Of a stretch of DNA of 64,000 nt, positions 1-13,580 are shown piece after piece. Position numbers and translations under genes: made by a program. This DNA is from Vicugna vicugna (Eukaryota), in the NCBI GenBank assembly GCA_013265495.1, contig MU058815.1, positions 690,523 through 754,522 of the forward strand, written 5' to 3'. Within the stretch, counting starts at the first letter, position 1. Every line of letters starts with the position of its first letter. The notes beneath the pieces are model-generated. The model saw nothing but the letters and a program-made list of their open reading frames with translations. It did no database searches and was not told the DNA's origin.

Positions 1-111
1 AAAGTTCAATATGAAATAATTCTAAAGCTGTCCACCTCAATATTGTGTATATAATTTCTAAATAGGTGTTTTGAGCTTAAGATTCCCTGAAAATATTTTG
101 TTGAGCAGTAT

Positions 112-385
112 TAAAATCAACTTTATTAAATCATAATTTACACACAATGAAAATCACTCATTGTAAGTACATGTATATGTGAATTTTGACAAATGTGTGC
201 ACCTGTTAATCACTTTTGCAATCAAGAGATAGAACTCATCCCTCACCACAAAATATTTCTCATTCCTCTTTCCAACCAGCTCCCTCTACCATGGTATAGA
301 ACTATTCAGTGTATAAATATTCTGTTTGGTTTTTTTTTCCCTTGATATAATGTTTTTGAAATTAACCCAGGTTGTTACATACAAC
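112..385 (-). mobile_element. Old L1 (L1M/L1ME-like) 3' end fragment
   Basis: aactttattaaatcataatttacacacaatgaaaatcactcattgtaagtac...gaattttgacaaatgtgtgcacctg is typical antisense L1ME 3'UTR. Confidence 0.7.
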
Positions 386-1759
386 AGAATCTCTGCTTCT
401 GAAAAATGAGAAAGTAGACATTAGAATTCAGGGTTACACCAGATCTTAGGAAAGTCTGGTTCTGCATTTACCAGAGATATGACATCTGAGGTGAACAGCC
501 CGCACTGAAGTCACTAGGAAGACCTTGCAGTTTCGCATCATGTGGATGGTGTTTGGGGAGGTTCTGCTGGGTCCGGGTATTGCTCATTTCCTCTCAACCA
601 ACTCCTCGGAAAGTTCTCAGTCTCAGACTCTAAACGCCTGTGTCTACAACTCAGCGAATCTGTCTCAGGACTCTGCTTCCTGGCCTCGGCTAGGAGCCCT
701 CTCGCTTGCCTGTGATTTGCCTCATTTCTCTTGCATCGCCCTGTATCTCACCCTGTACGGGATGTCTCAGGAGGACAGCCTGGCTGGATTTCCATCTGCA
801 GCTTCCCTTCATGCGCTGCCTCTGCTGTCTCCCGTCTCCCGGAGCTCAGGGGTCAGCAGGTACACCAGCTCCACTCGGGCGGGGCTCCTGGAAATCACCT
901 CAGCCTCGCCGGTCCCAGGGCCCCAGGGTCAGTTCTGACAGTAGGGGGGCCCCGGACACCTGCTCTTCAAACCTGTTGCAGAAGGGACTTGATGAGGGAA
1001 TTGGCTTAAACTCGTATAAGGCATCGTGTAGTAACTGGCAGTGAAATATGTTACCAGATACCCGTATATTCTTGTCAGGCTAATAGCAGAAAGTGATGGA
1101 CAGGTGTGTGTGCTGGTTTAATTCAGTCTCAGCTCTTCCCAGATGTGGAGCAGGTGCTAGACTGCTTATCAGTGGCCCAGGCCTGGCAGATACATCAGAT
1201 GTCAAAGTGGGTGGGGCCTGTGAGTCCTGAGAGACCCAAATAAACAAAAGAGGGTCGCAGCCAGTGGGAACATATTTTAGAGAGAGGGGATGAGAGTACT
1301 GTCAAGTTCTGGGATGTCCCCAGAAACCAAGAGGAGGGACAGGATACCAGGTCTGAGTCGGGGAACTGAAGTCACTCTGCTGGAATGAACAGGGTTTTTT
1401 TTTTGTTTGTTTGTTTTTTAAAGACAAAAGACCTGAGAAAGTAAGAAGGAAAACAGCCTTGTAGACTCAGAAGAAAAGCAGAGGGGCAGGGTGGTCCAGG
1501 CAGGGAGTGAGGACTGGCGTCTAGAAGATGCAGCTGCAAGGATGAGGTCCTAGATAAATCCCACGATGCTGGAGGTCAGGGTCAGAATCAGGGACGAAGC
1601 CCAGACAACTGCCAAGATGACACACATGGGGCAGAGGGTCTCCTGCAGCCTGGTGCCACTCGGCAGGGTCATGCGCAGGTCAAGTGGGTGCAGGAGACAG
1701 GAGGGGGAAGGGCTGGACCGCGTGACTGATCGGCATTCACAGTCCATCCCTGAATTTCT

Positions 1760-1893
1760 TTTTCATTTTTTTTCAATTGAAGTATAGTCAGTTTACAATG
1801 TTTTGTTAATTTCTGCTGTAGAGAGCAATGTTTCAGTCATACATATACATATGTAGATTCCTTTTCATATTCTTTTTCGTTACAGGTTACTAC
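1760..1893 (-). mobile_element. Short lineage-specific L1 3' tail
   Basis: T-tract then attgaagtatagtcagtttacaatg...ggttactaca; same family as the tails at 30350, 31020 and 32872. Confidence 0.8.
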
Positions 1894-4521
1894 ATCCTTA
1901 GAGTTTTGAATCATGCACACAACCATAGCGGCAAAGATGTAACCAGGAACCAGGTCTAATTCTTTTAACCAGGAACTGAAATTTGAGTTTGGGGGGGGGG
2001 GGAAACTAACTCTGTCCTCTTCCTGCACCATCATATCTAATTGATTGGCAAGTTTGAGGGCTATGAACCCTCAGTGTTTCCCGGATCAAAGCTCTGCTTG
2101 AAACCCACAGTGTCTCTTTTGTTTATTTACATGGGGGCTTCATCACGCTTACAAGTTTTTTTTTTTTAAGAATTACTAAATTCATAGTTTAAAAATAAAA
2201 CCAGCATCTTATTTGCTCAGGGGGAAAAAACATTGCCAATGTCTGGCATTTTTCTGTGGGACCCAAGCAGGAATCATATTGGATAAGAGAGGGAGGCTTT
2301 GGAAGCCGTGAAACACAGAGCAATTTCACGTGTTCACTCCTTTCTGAAGGTTGTTCATTGAAGTGAGTCTGCAAGTGACATTTCCGTTCATTGCCTATCA
2401 ACACATATATTTCAGGATGTGCTCTTTTTCAGAATTTGAGAAGGTTAAAGCCAAAACATGCCATCCATCTGTTACGTGGAAAGCCAAATGCAATAAAGTT
2501 CATGCAACCCAGAAAAAAACAAAACAAAACCAGAGTGATAACTCTGGCACTGCAGGCCAGAGTTACTTAAACATTGAATGAGAGTGTTTCAAATGGAACA
2601 AAAATGTGCACTTTCTCAAGTCTAGTAAGTTCAGATAAAAAATCAGCAGGATTTTTTATGTTAAGGTGATTTTCTTGACTTACCATCACTGGTACGTGTC
2701 TGTTATGTTACTTACTTTGTAGGGAATGGACTCTTGATTTGCCTCCCGGTCTTTCCTTCAGAACTAATTCTCAGAGCTTAAGAGAAGCTTCCTCATATCC
2801 CTGGGTCTTTGCCTGTGCTGTTCCCTCTCCCTGAAATCCCCCTTCCCTCCTCTCGTTCGCATCCTTCCAGGAGCAGTTCTAAAGCTGCTCTCGTTCCTTG
2901 GCCCTGGCAAGTGTCTCTGTTGGGCGTCTTCTCAGCTCAAGGCCTTTATCAAAAAGTGTAAATAGAGATCCTTCACCAATTCTTTCCTATCTTGGATTGA
3001 ATTTGTAATGGGGCCACCTGCTTTTAGCTTCACTGCATCAATCTACCTCCTCCAGGAGAATGGAGTTCTCCTGTAAGAGGCCAACTTTTTTTCCCCTTTT
3101 ATAATAATTAAAAGATATTTCATTAAAAATTTTCTTTCATTGATTTTTAGCCTTGGAGACATATAAACCAATAGGTTCCTGGAACAAAACTCAATATTAT
3201 TAGTAAATCATTTGTAAGTTTTTAAAAAATGACTTGCCAACAAGAAAATAATAGAAAGTGATGATTTTTACCAGAATGAACCTTGTTACTATATTAAAAG
3301 AGACACAAAACGTTTCAGTGTCTGGGAAAACTATGGAAGCAGTTATAAAGATTTAGAATTAACAAAATGACAGAAAAAAAATTGGAAACAGAAAAGACAA
3401 GAAACAGTTTTTAGCTATATCTGCAATGTTTAATTTATTTTTTAAAAGATCCAAAACATGAACACATGCTAGCACTCTGCTCTTTGGGGGTTGGTTTGAA
3501 ATACCCCATAATTTAAAATAGTAACAATGAGAGGTAAGTTGAGTGCAGATTTAAAAGAATGAAGATTACTTCTTGTAAATGGGCAGCTCATCTGGCCCTG
3601 AGTTTTGTTGTAAGGGGACATCAAATTGTGATGAGAAAAAGTGCAGCTAAATATAAGGGCAGACAGTAGATATTCAACTAAAAACAAAGCCAGTTTGGTG
3701 TTATGGGGAGAGAGAAGCTCATTTGAGAGACATCTCATGATGCATTTGATCATTTGAATACAGAACAGTTATTTCAAGTCGAGGACCCTAAATTGCTGTA
3801 GCAGAGTTCCTGTCCATTTGTGCCCTTTGGGGCTTCTGAGGGACCTTGCTCTTGTGCCTAATGAGCTGCTGACTCAGACAACAGCACAAAGAGCTCCCAG
3901 ATCCCACATCCCAGGGGGAAGCTGCAGAAAGGGGAGGTTCTCAGACGTTCCCCCCAAACCAGCCTGTCTACAGGGGCTGGTGTGGGTGCCACAGCCAACA
4001 TCACCAGCTCCACAGCATGGCTTATTAGTTCTGTCGTCCTGGTTCCTAATCACTTGCTTTGCAAAGTTAACCAAATCTAAGTAAATTGAATCGTTACCTG
4101 TGATCATGAGGGTAAGACAGGAGTTCTCAGGAAGCAGAAGTTTAAATATGTAGTAAAATCAGTACAGCAAACCCAAGTCATGCTCATCAAAAGAATATAA
4201 CTGTGATTTTTTTTAACCTAATGAGTGGTCGCTGAAGTGGGGAGACCTCAAATGATCAAGATCTGCCTTACAAAATGGTGACTCTGGAATTTTTTTATGC
4301 TTTTTTGTCAATAATTATTTCTAGACACTCCTACCTGAAATAGTTTCAAGGTAAGTTGACTACATCTTGTTTTAAACATACACTGTGTGACATCAGGAGG
4401 TCCCCTGAGCACTCTTTACGATCATTTACTGATTGTAATAGATCAGTAAATGAAATTGGAGTTTAATTGCATTGAAACACTTCTGGCTATATTCTGCATT
4501 TTAAAAAGCTACTTATATAAC

Positions 4522-5032
4522 TGTGGTGGTTAATTTTATGTGTCGACTTGACTGGGCCACGGGGTTCCCTGATTAAACATTATCCTGGGTAAGTCTGTGA
4601 GGGTGTTTCCAGGTGAAATTGGTATTTAAATCAGCGTACTTGCAAAGCAGATGGCCCTTCCCAGTGTGGGTGGGCGTCATCTAATCCATGGAGGGCTTGA
4701 ATGGAATGAAAAGTCAGAGGAAGGTTGAATTCACTCTCTACCTGACTGCTGAGTTGGGGCATCCATCTCTGCCCTCAGATGGAGACGTACCATTGGTTCT
4801 CCTGGCTCTCAGAATGGAATCACACCGCTAGCTCTCCTGGGACCCCCCCGGCTTGCACATGCAGACCGTGGGACCTCTCAGCCTCCATAGTCAGGCGAGC
4901 CAATTCCTTGTAAAAAATCTCCTTTACATATATAAGAAAATATATGTATATACATACGTGTATTCAGGAATATATCATGTGTATATATGCATCTGACTCA
5001 TTCTGTTTCTCTGGAGAGCGCTGACTAGTACA
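4522..5032 (+). mobile_element. MLT2-family (ERVL) solo LTR
   Basis: Starts tgtggtggttaattttatgtgtcgacttgactgggc and ends ctctggagagcgctgactagtaca, with the characteristic internal TA-rich patch at 4925-4990. Confidence 0.9.
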
Positions 5033-7188
5033 CACAATTAACTGTGCGTGAGCTTAGCTTCTCAGCTTCTCAGTCTGGCTTGATGGTGAAAGGAATGGGG
5101 AATGCTGACTCCAGAACAAAGAAGCCCTCGGTTAAAGTGTGTGCCTGTTGGTTGTTCCGGCTCTGAGCCCCGGCGTGAGCCCTGTGCCGTTGCACGTGGT
5201 TTCCTACGTGCGTCTCACTCTGAATGGCAGGGGTTCCGAGCCTCTCTGGACTGTCCATCAGTCATCGGACAACTTCTGCCCCACCTCTCTCCCTGCCACC
5301 AGCTTGGAAAAAAGGTCCCCTTTTACTCCAGTGGAGAGAAGTCTTTCCAGCTGTGAACGTCTCTCCTCTAGGTCCCTGGGCCCTTCAGTTTCGCTTTCAG
5401 ATTCATGCCTGTCTGAGCTCTTACAGGGCTGAGCGCATGTGGAGCCTTTCTGAGTCCATTAACAATGTCCCTGTGACCTATGCACCTTCCGCGAGGCCCC
5501 CGGCACAGACAGGCTTTTCAGGAAGGACACGGACCCAGGAAGAAACCAAGGACCAGATGCTGGCCATGTGCTCTGCCTTCAGGCCAACAGCGCTCAGATT
5601 CTGGATATGTCAGCTTTTATCTAAAACATTTCACTAGTGAATATTCTCTGTGAAAAGTAGTAGGTGCCTCAGCAGGCTCCCTGAAGTATGGGTGTTTTTT
5701 TTTTTTTCTCTCTCAGAAACACTGTGTGGCGTATTTTGTAGAAAATGCAAATGCCCCTGGGCACTCAATACATTTTATTTGATTGGATTGTGTTCTTTTA
5801 AACTCTTTGCTAGGTGTTTTATTTAAGTTAATCTTTTAGCAGCTTGCTTTTATTGATGGATTTTTAAAAATTAATTTGGCTTGGGACCAATACATACGAT
5901 TTCTTAAGTATCACAGAAAAGATAAAAGTACAGTTTTCAGACCACATTATCGCCTGGGCTGGGCCCTGAGAATCATACAGATCAGGCTTTGAAAAGAAAA
6001 ACTGGTTACAAACTGAATTTGGGCAATTCAATTTCTGCAAACTCTAATTTCCTCATCTATCAAATGGATATAATTTTTGTGGGGATTCAATGAGAAAATT
6101 GATTGAAATAGCTGTGCTCAGTGTCGGACACACTATGAGTTTTCAATCTGTTCCTTTCTTAAGCATTGTAATATTATTATTAATATTACTGTCTGTCTCC
6201 TTCATTTTCACATTCTTATGCTATTAGAAAGAATTTGTTTTCTGAAAAAGCAAAATCATATCCTAAAAACAATAAATACTGAGAGAATTCAGGAAAGTTT
6301 CTTCCTATTAAAGCAATTTTTAAAATAAATATAATATTAGAATAGAATATAATATTTATATATATCAGTTATATATATAACACAAAAAATTAATAGGAAA
6401 TTTCCAAGATATCTATGAAAAAATATTCAAAATACCATTGAAGGGCAAAATAGAAAATTAAAAAAAAAAATCCTTGACGTTGGATGCTACAGTGTATCCG
6501 GAAGTTGAATTATAATGTACCACTGAAACTTAAATACTGTCATAAACCAAATTACCTCAATTTAAAAAAATCTTGTTTTTGTGAGAATTTTCTTTTTGTA
6601 AAGAACTAAACAGCGCTTCTGTTTGGTTCTCTGACCACTGAAAGCCCTCAAGACTTGCAAGGAGAAACTGTCGTGGACCCCAAGCAACCCTGCCTGTGCT
6701 TGCCGGGCGGCCCGAGAATGCAGGGTCCCAGCTGACCTGCATCCAGGCTGGCTGTGCTTTCAGCAACGACCCAGAGAGATGAGGTCCTGCGTCCCCCGAG
6801 AGAATGAGCAGGCTTGCTTCTGCCCACAGTAGGAGCAGGGAACCCCCCAAGGTCAGTGTTTGTTCCTTTCCTGTGATGCAGCCTGCAGAGGACCCGGCAC
6901 CCATCCTGGGAGTGATGGGCCCCACGGGGAGCCTACACATAATGCTACTGTGTTTTCCAGGAGTAAGGAGTTCTTTGTCTTTGACGCAGGAGTCTTAGGT
7001 CTTCCAGCAGCATCCATAAACAGTTGTAGGGTACTTGCTAATTTGTAAGTAGGACAAAGCCTTGGGCCCTTCACACATCCTTCACCAGCCCTGACAGGAT
7101 GGAGGCCAGATGGTAAACTCAGCAGTGATGAACGTGGGTCGCTCTCTTGAGATAAGGAGTGAGTGGTCTTCAGGAGTGAGAGGGTAGT

Positions 7189-7328
7189 GGGGAGGGTGGA
7201 GCTCAGTGCTAGAGCACATGCTTAGCACGCACGAGGCCCCGGGTTCAATCCCCAGCCCCTCCACTTAAATTAAATAAATAAATAAAAATATTAAACCTAG
7301 TTACCTCCCCACTAAAACAAAACAAAAC
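7189..7328 (+). mobile_element. tRNA-derived SINE (camelid Vic-1-like)
   Basis: Pol III A-box (agctcagtgctag), B-box (ggttcaatccc), (TAAA)n linker, ttacctcccc and an A-rich tail. Confidence 0.9.
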
Positions 7329-7841
7329 AGGGAGAGGGAGATGGGGGTGGTGGGTGAGACATCACTGAATTTCAGTTGAAGAAGAGACTTTCATGGGGTT
7401 TCAGGCAGAGTGCGGAAAGAAGGGAGTGGGGAAGAGGACCAGGCAGCCTGCTAGGGCAGAATGAACAGGACATACATGATCCAGTCACTCAGTTTTTATA
7501 ATAAGTACATTTCCCACAGGTTATGTGTTATTCTGAGCTTGTAACATTAATGCGCTGTGTAAGCCCAGCTTAATGAGTATTGGCAGGAGACATCGAACGG
7601 TATGTTCAACATCCCGTGTAGTGTTAGTTGAAGAATGAACAACCGTCGTCTTTTCTTGTTCAGTCATTCCTGACACTCGTCCTTGTCTCCGACCACGTTG
7701 TGGTGTGGACGAGCCACTGGCTAAGGCACAGTGGGACCTTGTCCCCAAGGTGATGCCTAGGGAGTCACGTGATCACAAGTGAGTTACTCCTTCCCTTTGA
7801 TTACAAAGGGAACAGCCGGAAGGGAGACCCAGGGGTGTTTG

Positions 7842-7918
7842 CAGGTTGAACCACGTGAAATCGCCAGTATCCAACCCACGTGACTTGCACGATGACGTTT
7901 TATGTGGTTCAGCTTATA
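7842..7918. mobile_element. MADE2-like mariner MITE
   Basis: ~78 bp with terminal inverted repeats aggttgaaccacgtgaaat ... gttttatgtggttcagctt. Confidence 0.7.
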
Positions 7919-10149
7919 GATGATCCCTAACTCCCTAATGCGTCTTAAGGTGCATTATCAATAGATTTATTTACCTTGTTCTTTTCTCTTCGGTGTCACC
8001 TGTTAAGATCCTCCCCTCATGCTAAAATTGCGTGAGAATGCAAAGTCAGCAACAAATGATGCTACAATATCGTGAAGGAAGGAAATCAAAGAAAAGAAGC
8101 TTGCAGAGTGGGTTAAACTCTCTTCAGTGGGTCCTCTGCGCTCAGTAACACAGATGCAAAGCTTGTGGAGGAATCCTGTGGATGCTGTGGAAGAGATAAA
8201 TTCTGGAAAAAACTCAAAGGTCAGGGCAGTTGCCCAGAAGTAGCTGTGAGGTGGAAAGGAAAAAAAAAAAAAAAAACGGGGGCAACGAAAGCAGCAGAGC
8301 AAAGCCTCGGTGCTGTGTCTGTAAAACAGAAGGAGACGTTCAGAAGGGCCTACTTTGATCTCCGCTGTGCAAGTAAAATTTTTATTTGGCTTTGAACCCT
8401 GTCTTCTCTTTTCCGTTCTTCAGCAGCCTTCCTAATCATCCACGCTGTACGGCTTACCTTCCTTTCAGCACTTCCAACTCAATATCATTTTTTTTAATAG
8501 AATAAAAAATTGCTTGAGCAGTGTGGGAAGAGACCCTCAGGGAGCTGTCGCGCTACTGCTCTCCAGCAACAGTCGTGTTACTAATGTTCCTACAAAGGGA
8601 AAACTCAGATACAGGAAAAGGCTTATATTTATTGTAAGGAAGTGCATCCAAATATCTCCGAAACTCAGTGCAAAGTTACTATGGCAAGTTTTCCCCATAC
8701 TTACATCTCGTAATAATAAGTAAAATGGCCAGTGACTCACCTTGCCAAAAGCTGTTCGATCCTTCAATTAAATAAATATACTTACCAATTACTTAAGGAA
8801 GCTCACAGTGGTATCCAGGCTCTCCTATCTTAAAAAACCCTACCTGTTAAAGACACCAGGGCACCTCTGAACTGAGAGGAACTGATTTCCTAGTTAAATC
8901 TTTGAATACACACATGTTGAATTTCTCTACAGCGATTTGAGGACGTGTGGTTATTGTTGTTATATTGAGACTCAAGTCTTCAGAGATTATTCTCTGTCTG
9001 AGCTGAATTCTCCATTTAAACTATGACTCAAAATATTTAAAGAAACATTTTGCCCCAAAGGAATTCCATTGGTGGGATGGGAACCAGTGTGGCATGCTCT
9101 AGGTAAACACCTATGTTTAAGAAAGTATATTTATTGCTTCTGTCTCTTTGTAAGTACCTTTGTGATACCTGCTTGGGCATTGCCTGGGGTTTCCAGTTGT
9201 CAGAGGTCCTGCTGGATCCCATTTCTGATTATTAATTAACTTCACTTCAGATTAAGTCTGTAAAAATCGGTTCCAGTTCCCTTAGCCTCACCTCCCTGCC
9301 CTGCCCCACCTCTACCCTCGCCCCCAGCTCCCACCCCAAGCCGCCCTGGGTGCCCCCTTGCCTGGGGACTGCTCCCTTACTCTGACACTCAGGGCCCCTC
9401 ACAGTGTGGCCCTGACCCAGATCCCCAGACTCCTCTCTTCTCACCATCCTGTTTCTTAAATTTCAGCCAAATTTCACCCAATGTCCTGCCTGTTCCGCCA
9501 GCCTGCAGCCTCCTTCCACCCCAGGGGTTTTTGCGGGGAGGTTCTCTCTGCGGGAAATGTCCCTCCTCTCCTGGCACCCCCTTTTAAGCTCCTTATTGTT
9601 AAAGTCTCAAATTTACCGCCTCCTCCTCCACTGAGCATTGCCTGATTTCTCAACAAACATATCTGCTGCAATTCCCCGCAGAACCACGTGGGCCAGGAGC
9701 CCCGTGATGCTGGCTCAGACTCCTGCAGCACCAGCCCGAGCATCCCCCAGAGCGCAGCTCCCTCTAATCCGTCTCTGTGCCCAGTTCAGGTTGGTCTTCA
9801 GTGAAGCTGTCTTGGGGATGTGCCAGCGCCAAGTTGGTTGTCCATCCGTGAGCACATTTTGCATGCATTTAAGCAAAACATCACTTAGTGTGTGTTTTAA
9901 AAGGTACTTTAAAAGAACACGGAAGAAATAAAATATTTTTTTTTCCTAAATTGGTTGTTGTTCAAGGTCCTCATTCTAATGCATTTTACGCAATATAGTT
10001 TTAGTAGCAATAAGCTCTGGCTGAAGGAAAAATAATGCTCTGCGAACCAGATAGCATGTTAAGGTTATTGTGGGAGACAGGTGCATTTATCAGAGTGCAA
10101 ACAATGGTAATGCAAGATATTTTTTCCTTCCATATTTTTCTTTTCTCTC

Positions 10150-10740
10150 TCTTTTTTTTCAAGTTGGAGTATAGTTGATCTACAGCACTGTGTTTGCTTC
10201 AGGTGTACAGCAAAGTGATTTGGTTATACATACACATGTCTGTAGCTATATATTTTTTGATTCCTGTCTGTTATAGTTTATTACAAGATATTGAATATAC
10301 TTCCCTGTGCTCTACAGTAAATCCTTGTTGTTTCTCTATTTTATGTATGGTAGTGTGCATCTGTTAGTCACATACTCCCAGTTTATCCCTGCCTCTCCCC
10401 TTCCCCTTTGGTGACCATAAGTTTGTTTTCTATGTCTATGAGTCTGTTTCTGTTTTGCAAATAAGTTCACTTGTACTATTTTTTTAGATTCCACATATAA
10501 ATGATATATAATATTTAACTTTCTCTGTCTGACTGACTTCACTTAGTATGATAATCTCTAGGTCCATCCATGTTGCTGCAAATGGCATTATTTCATTCTT
10601 GTTTATGGCTGAGTCATATTCCATTGTATAGCTATACCACAGCTTCTTTATCCAGTCATCTGCTGATGGACACTTAGGTCACTTCGTGTCTTGGCTGTTG
10701 TAAATGGTGCTTCTATGAACATTGGTGTGCATGTCTTTTT
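10150..10740 (-). mobile_element. Cetartiodactyl-type L1 3' end (3'UTR plus ORF2 terminus)
   Basis: gttggagtatagttgatctacagcactgtg...tagattccacatataa...ccatccatgttgctgcaaatggc. Confidence 0.9.
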
Positions 10741-12842
10741 TCTTTCTATCTTGCCTCATTCTGAATAGACTTGTGAAGGCAGTCATCTGTGGTCTTACAG
10801 TGTGCTCTGTTTACACAATACTTAAGTGTATTCTCTTAGATGAAGGACTTGGAACAACCCTTAGTATCTCCATTATCAGTGAAATAGAAGTTCAAAAAGA
10901 TTAAGTGAATTGAACCTGGAGTTGGAAGAGTAGAAGAGGTGGGGTAGGAATTCTGATCCAGACTTTCCAATCTTAAAAGGCATTACTCCTTCCCCCCGAA
11001 GAATCTAGTGCTGCTTCCTAGGCTTATGAGTAGATCACATTTGGCCAGAAGGGCCCTAAAAACTCACCATCTCTGAAGATCTCATCACTCCTGAGAATCA
11101 GCCTTGGCTCGGCCATACTTGGTTTACAGGAAGAGCCCAGGGGGCTGCTCGGGGAAGGAGGCACAGAGCAGTGAGCTCTCCAGGAAGTAAAGGGATCTGA
11201 GGCTCCTCATCACCCTTGACCTGCCTTTTGACTGTGCAGGATGCTGATAAACCTCCTGGGGGCTACCGAGGCTCCCCTAATGGGTCCAACTTATAAGCGA
11301 GGGGGGAAAGATTTGCCAGAATCCAGTAAACTGTGCCCCGAGGCTGTGAGCAGGTGACCTGTGAGATGCCAAACCCTGCACCCAAGCAGCTGAGCGTGTT
11401 GGCTATTATTCTAGCTTTAATGTAATATTTGAGGTACAGTGTTCGGCTCAAAATGTCAACCTAGTTCTAGGACTCTCTCGGTCAATTCAGGTTGTGCATA
11501 AGACACATCTATCTCAAACACAATGAAGACCTTTCAAATAAATTCAAAACTCAAAATCTGCAAAAGGAGCACTCCTTCAGTGGCAAGGGAACCACAGAGG
11601 AGTTACCTTTCAATACTCCAGCTCTACCTGGAATATTTAATGTTAAAAAGCAGTGAAAGCATTGTCAGTGTTTTCATTTCGAGTTACAGCCTACCCAGCT
11701 CTGCAATGTTGGAGAAAACCAGTCTCGTGTAGAAACACTGAGAAGAGAGATGGCACACCTCCTTGAATCAATCTGATGCCTAACAGGCTCCACATGAACA
11801 GTGTGCGATGGCTAAAAACCTCCGTGTTTAATTATAGATCTTACCGAGCTACAGAACGATAAGATCTTATAGATCAAAGTGCACTTCCGATCGCACTGCT
11901 TGCTCAAGATTTTTCTCTGAAATGCCCTGGAAGGAGACACTTTTATAATAAAATTGATGGAGTGAGCCATTATCCTCTCTTAGAAATGCTCACTGTGTGA
12001 GCCATTTACTTTGGCACAGTCCTTACACATATATTATGTTCCACTGGGCCAATTTTGGACAAAATAGCCAAGTGGGCAAAATTAGTCTTTTGCAATTTCT
12101 TTCTTACCTTTCCCCGTTAGCCCCTCATTTAAAAAAAAAAAACAAAAACTCAAGCTTTATCTGTTTTTCTTAATTAGGAGCAACTGAAGCTAACAGGCAG
12201 GCTTCCCCGAGGACAGGAATCGTGTCTTACCTTCTCCATCATCTCCTTTTCAGAGCTTAACAGAGAGCCTGAGAAGACGTGCCGTGAAAGGGCATTTGCA
12301 TCTTTAATGAATTCCATGTTTAAACCTCCCAAGCATCAGTACTCGTGTGGCACTTGGTCAACGCCAGTGGGGAGGCTGGAAGTAATGACCTCTTTTATCC
12401 CTTCCAGGAAGGGTCTGCGCGCCATGATTCCTTCCACCCGTCTCCCCGCATGTACCATGTAGAATTCCAGTGAGAGGTTTGTCTCATGGGCTAAGGAGGA
12501 CATATCTGAGAAGTTAACTTGGAAAATATCAGTTATTTTGGAGGGTGATGAGTTAGAATTTAATGCATCTTAGTTTAATGAGCTATTTCCTGGGCACCAA
12601 CTATGTGGTAGTAGTTCTGCTAAGTTTGGTCTACACGGCGGACAGCACTCGGGAGAGATGCCAGTAAACATGAGGACAGATGTCCCAACACGATCATTCT
12701 TGAGCGTGGACAGCACGACAAGAAGGCGTGATAAGGCAGACCGTTGGGTTGGAGAGAGAGTGTTAATCAGGGAATCAGGGACGCCGCACAGAGGGGCTGC
12801 TGTTTGATTTAAAACCTGAATGGTGAAAGGAGCCAGCCAGGG

Positions 12843-13407
12843 TGAAACGGAGTAGGACCCTGTGGGGTCCTCCCTGGTACAAGTCCTTTCTGTCCCCCGT
12901 TTCCCTTTTGTAGGAAATGGGCTTCATTCAGCCTCCTTGTTCTTCTCTGAGTTCCCTAAGGGCAGATTCAAGCAGTTGCTAATCAGAGAAGGGAGGGGAT
13001 GCAGAGGTAAGAGAGGAAGCGTCAGGAAACAATCCTGCAGCCTCGGCAGGGCCCTGGTGCCTCCCTAAGGAATATGCATAACAATATCTTTGAGCTCTTC
13101 TGCAGGAGCCAAGGCCCCCTCCCAGGTGAAGGGAGCAACTTCAGGCTGAGCACTGGAGTCCTGGAGCACCACCCTGTTACCTCGCCACCAACCAATTGGA
13201 AGAAAGTCACACACCCTGCAGCCCTCAGTCCAATCTTGTCTATAAAACGCTTGTCCTGAAAATGACCAGAGAGTTCCAGTTTCTGAGCATGAGCTGCCCG
13301 TTCTCCTTGCTTCGCCTTGCAATAAACCTTTCCCTGCTCCAAACTCTGAGGTTTCAGTTTGTTTGGCCAGACTGTGTGTTGGGCACAAAAATGTTTGTTT
13401 GGTAACA
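12843..13407 (+). mobile_element. ERV1-type solo LTR (565 bp), inserted in an old L2-like remnant
   Basis: TG...CA termini (tgaaacggag...ggtaaca), TATA box tataaaa at 13241, AATAAA at 13321, 4-bp TSD aggg/acgg with one mismatch. Confidence 0.85.
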
Positions 13408-13580
13408 ACGGTCCACTTGAGGAAGAATTTCATGAGCTAGAATAAAGAGTAAGTCTCAATGCCGGGGGACAGGATTAAGTAGTGTCCTTAAAGAGAAGAA
13501 AGGTCATCCCAGGCAGAGATGAGTAAATGAGTGAGGTCATTGGGGCAGAGCTGGAAAGAGAGTGGTCAGGGTCTAGAGGT

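Noticed and set aside
420..1385. ORFs 525-1044 and possible ancient LTR remnants
   Set aside because: The ORFs are low-information GC-rich frames. The sequence has an LTR-like texture (tgttaccaga.. at 1048), but I cannot assign a family or termini.
7189..7265. tRNA genes at the SINE heads (also 18538, 28830, 31270, 34820, 40329, 47745)
   Set aside because: Each tRNA-like head is diverged and followed by the same AT-rich body and tail, often with TSDs, so these are SINEs rather than tRNA genes. The recurrent MEVLGIEPR.. ORFs are antisense SINE translations.
8019..8245. Purine-rich frame (KEIKEKKLAEWVKL..) as a pseudogene fragment
   Set aside because: Internal stop, no recognisable parent, no poly(A)/TSD pairing established.
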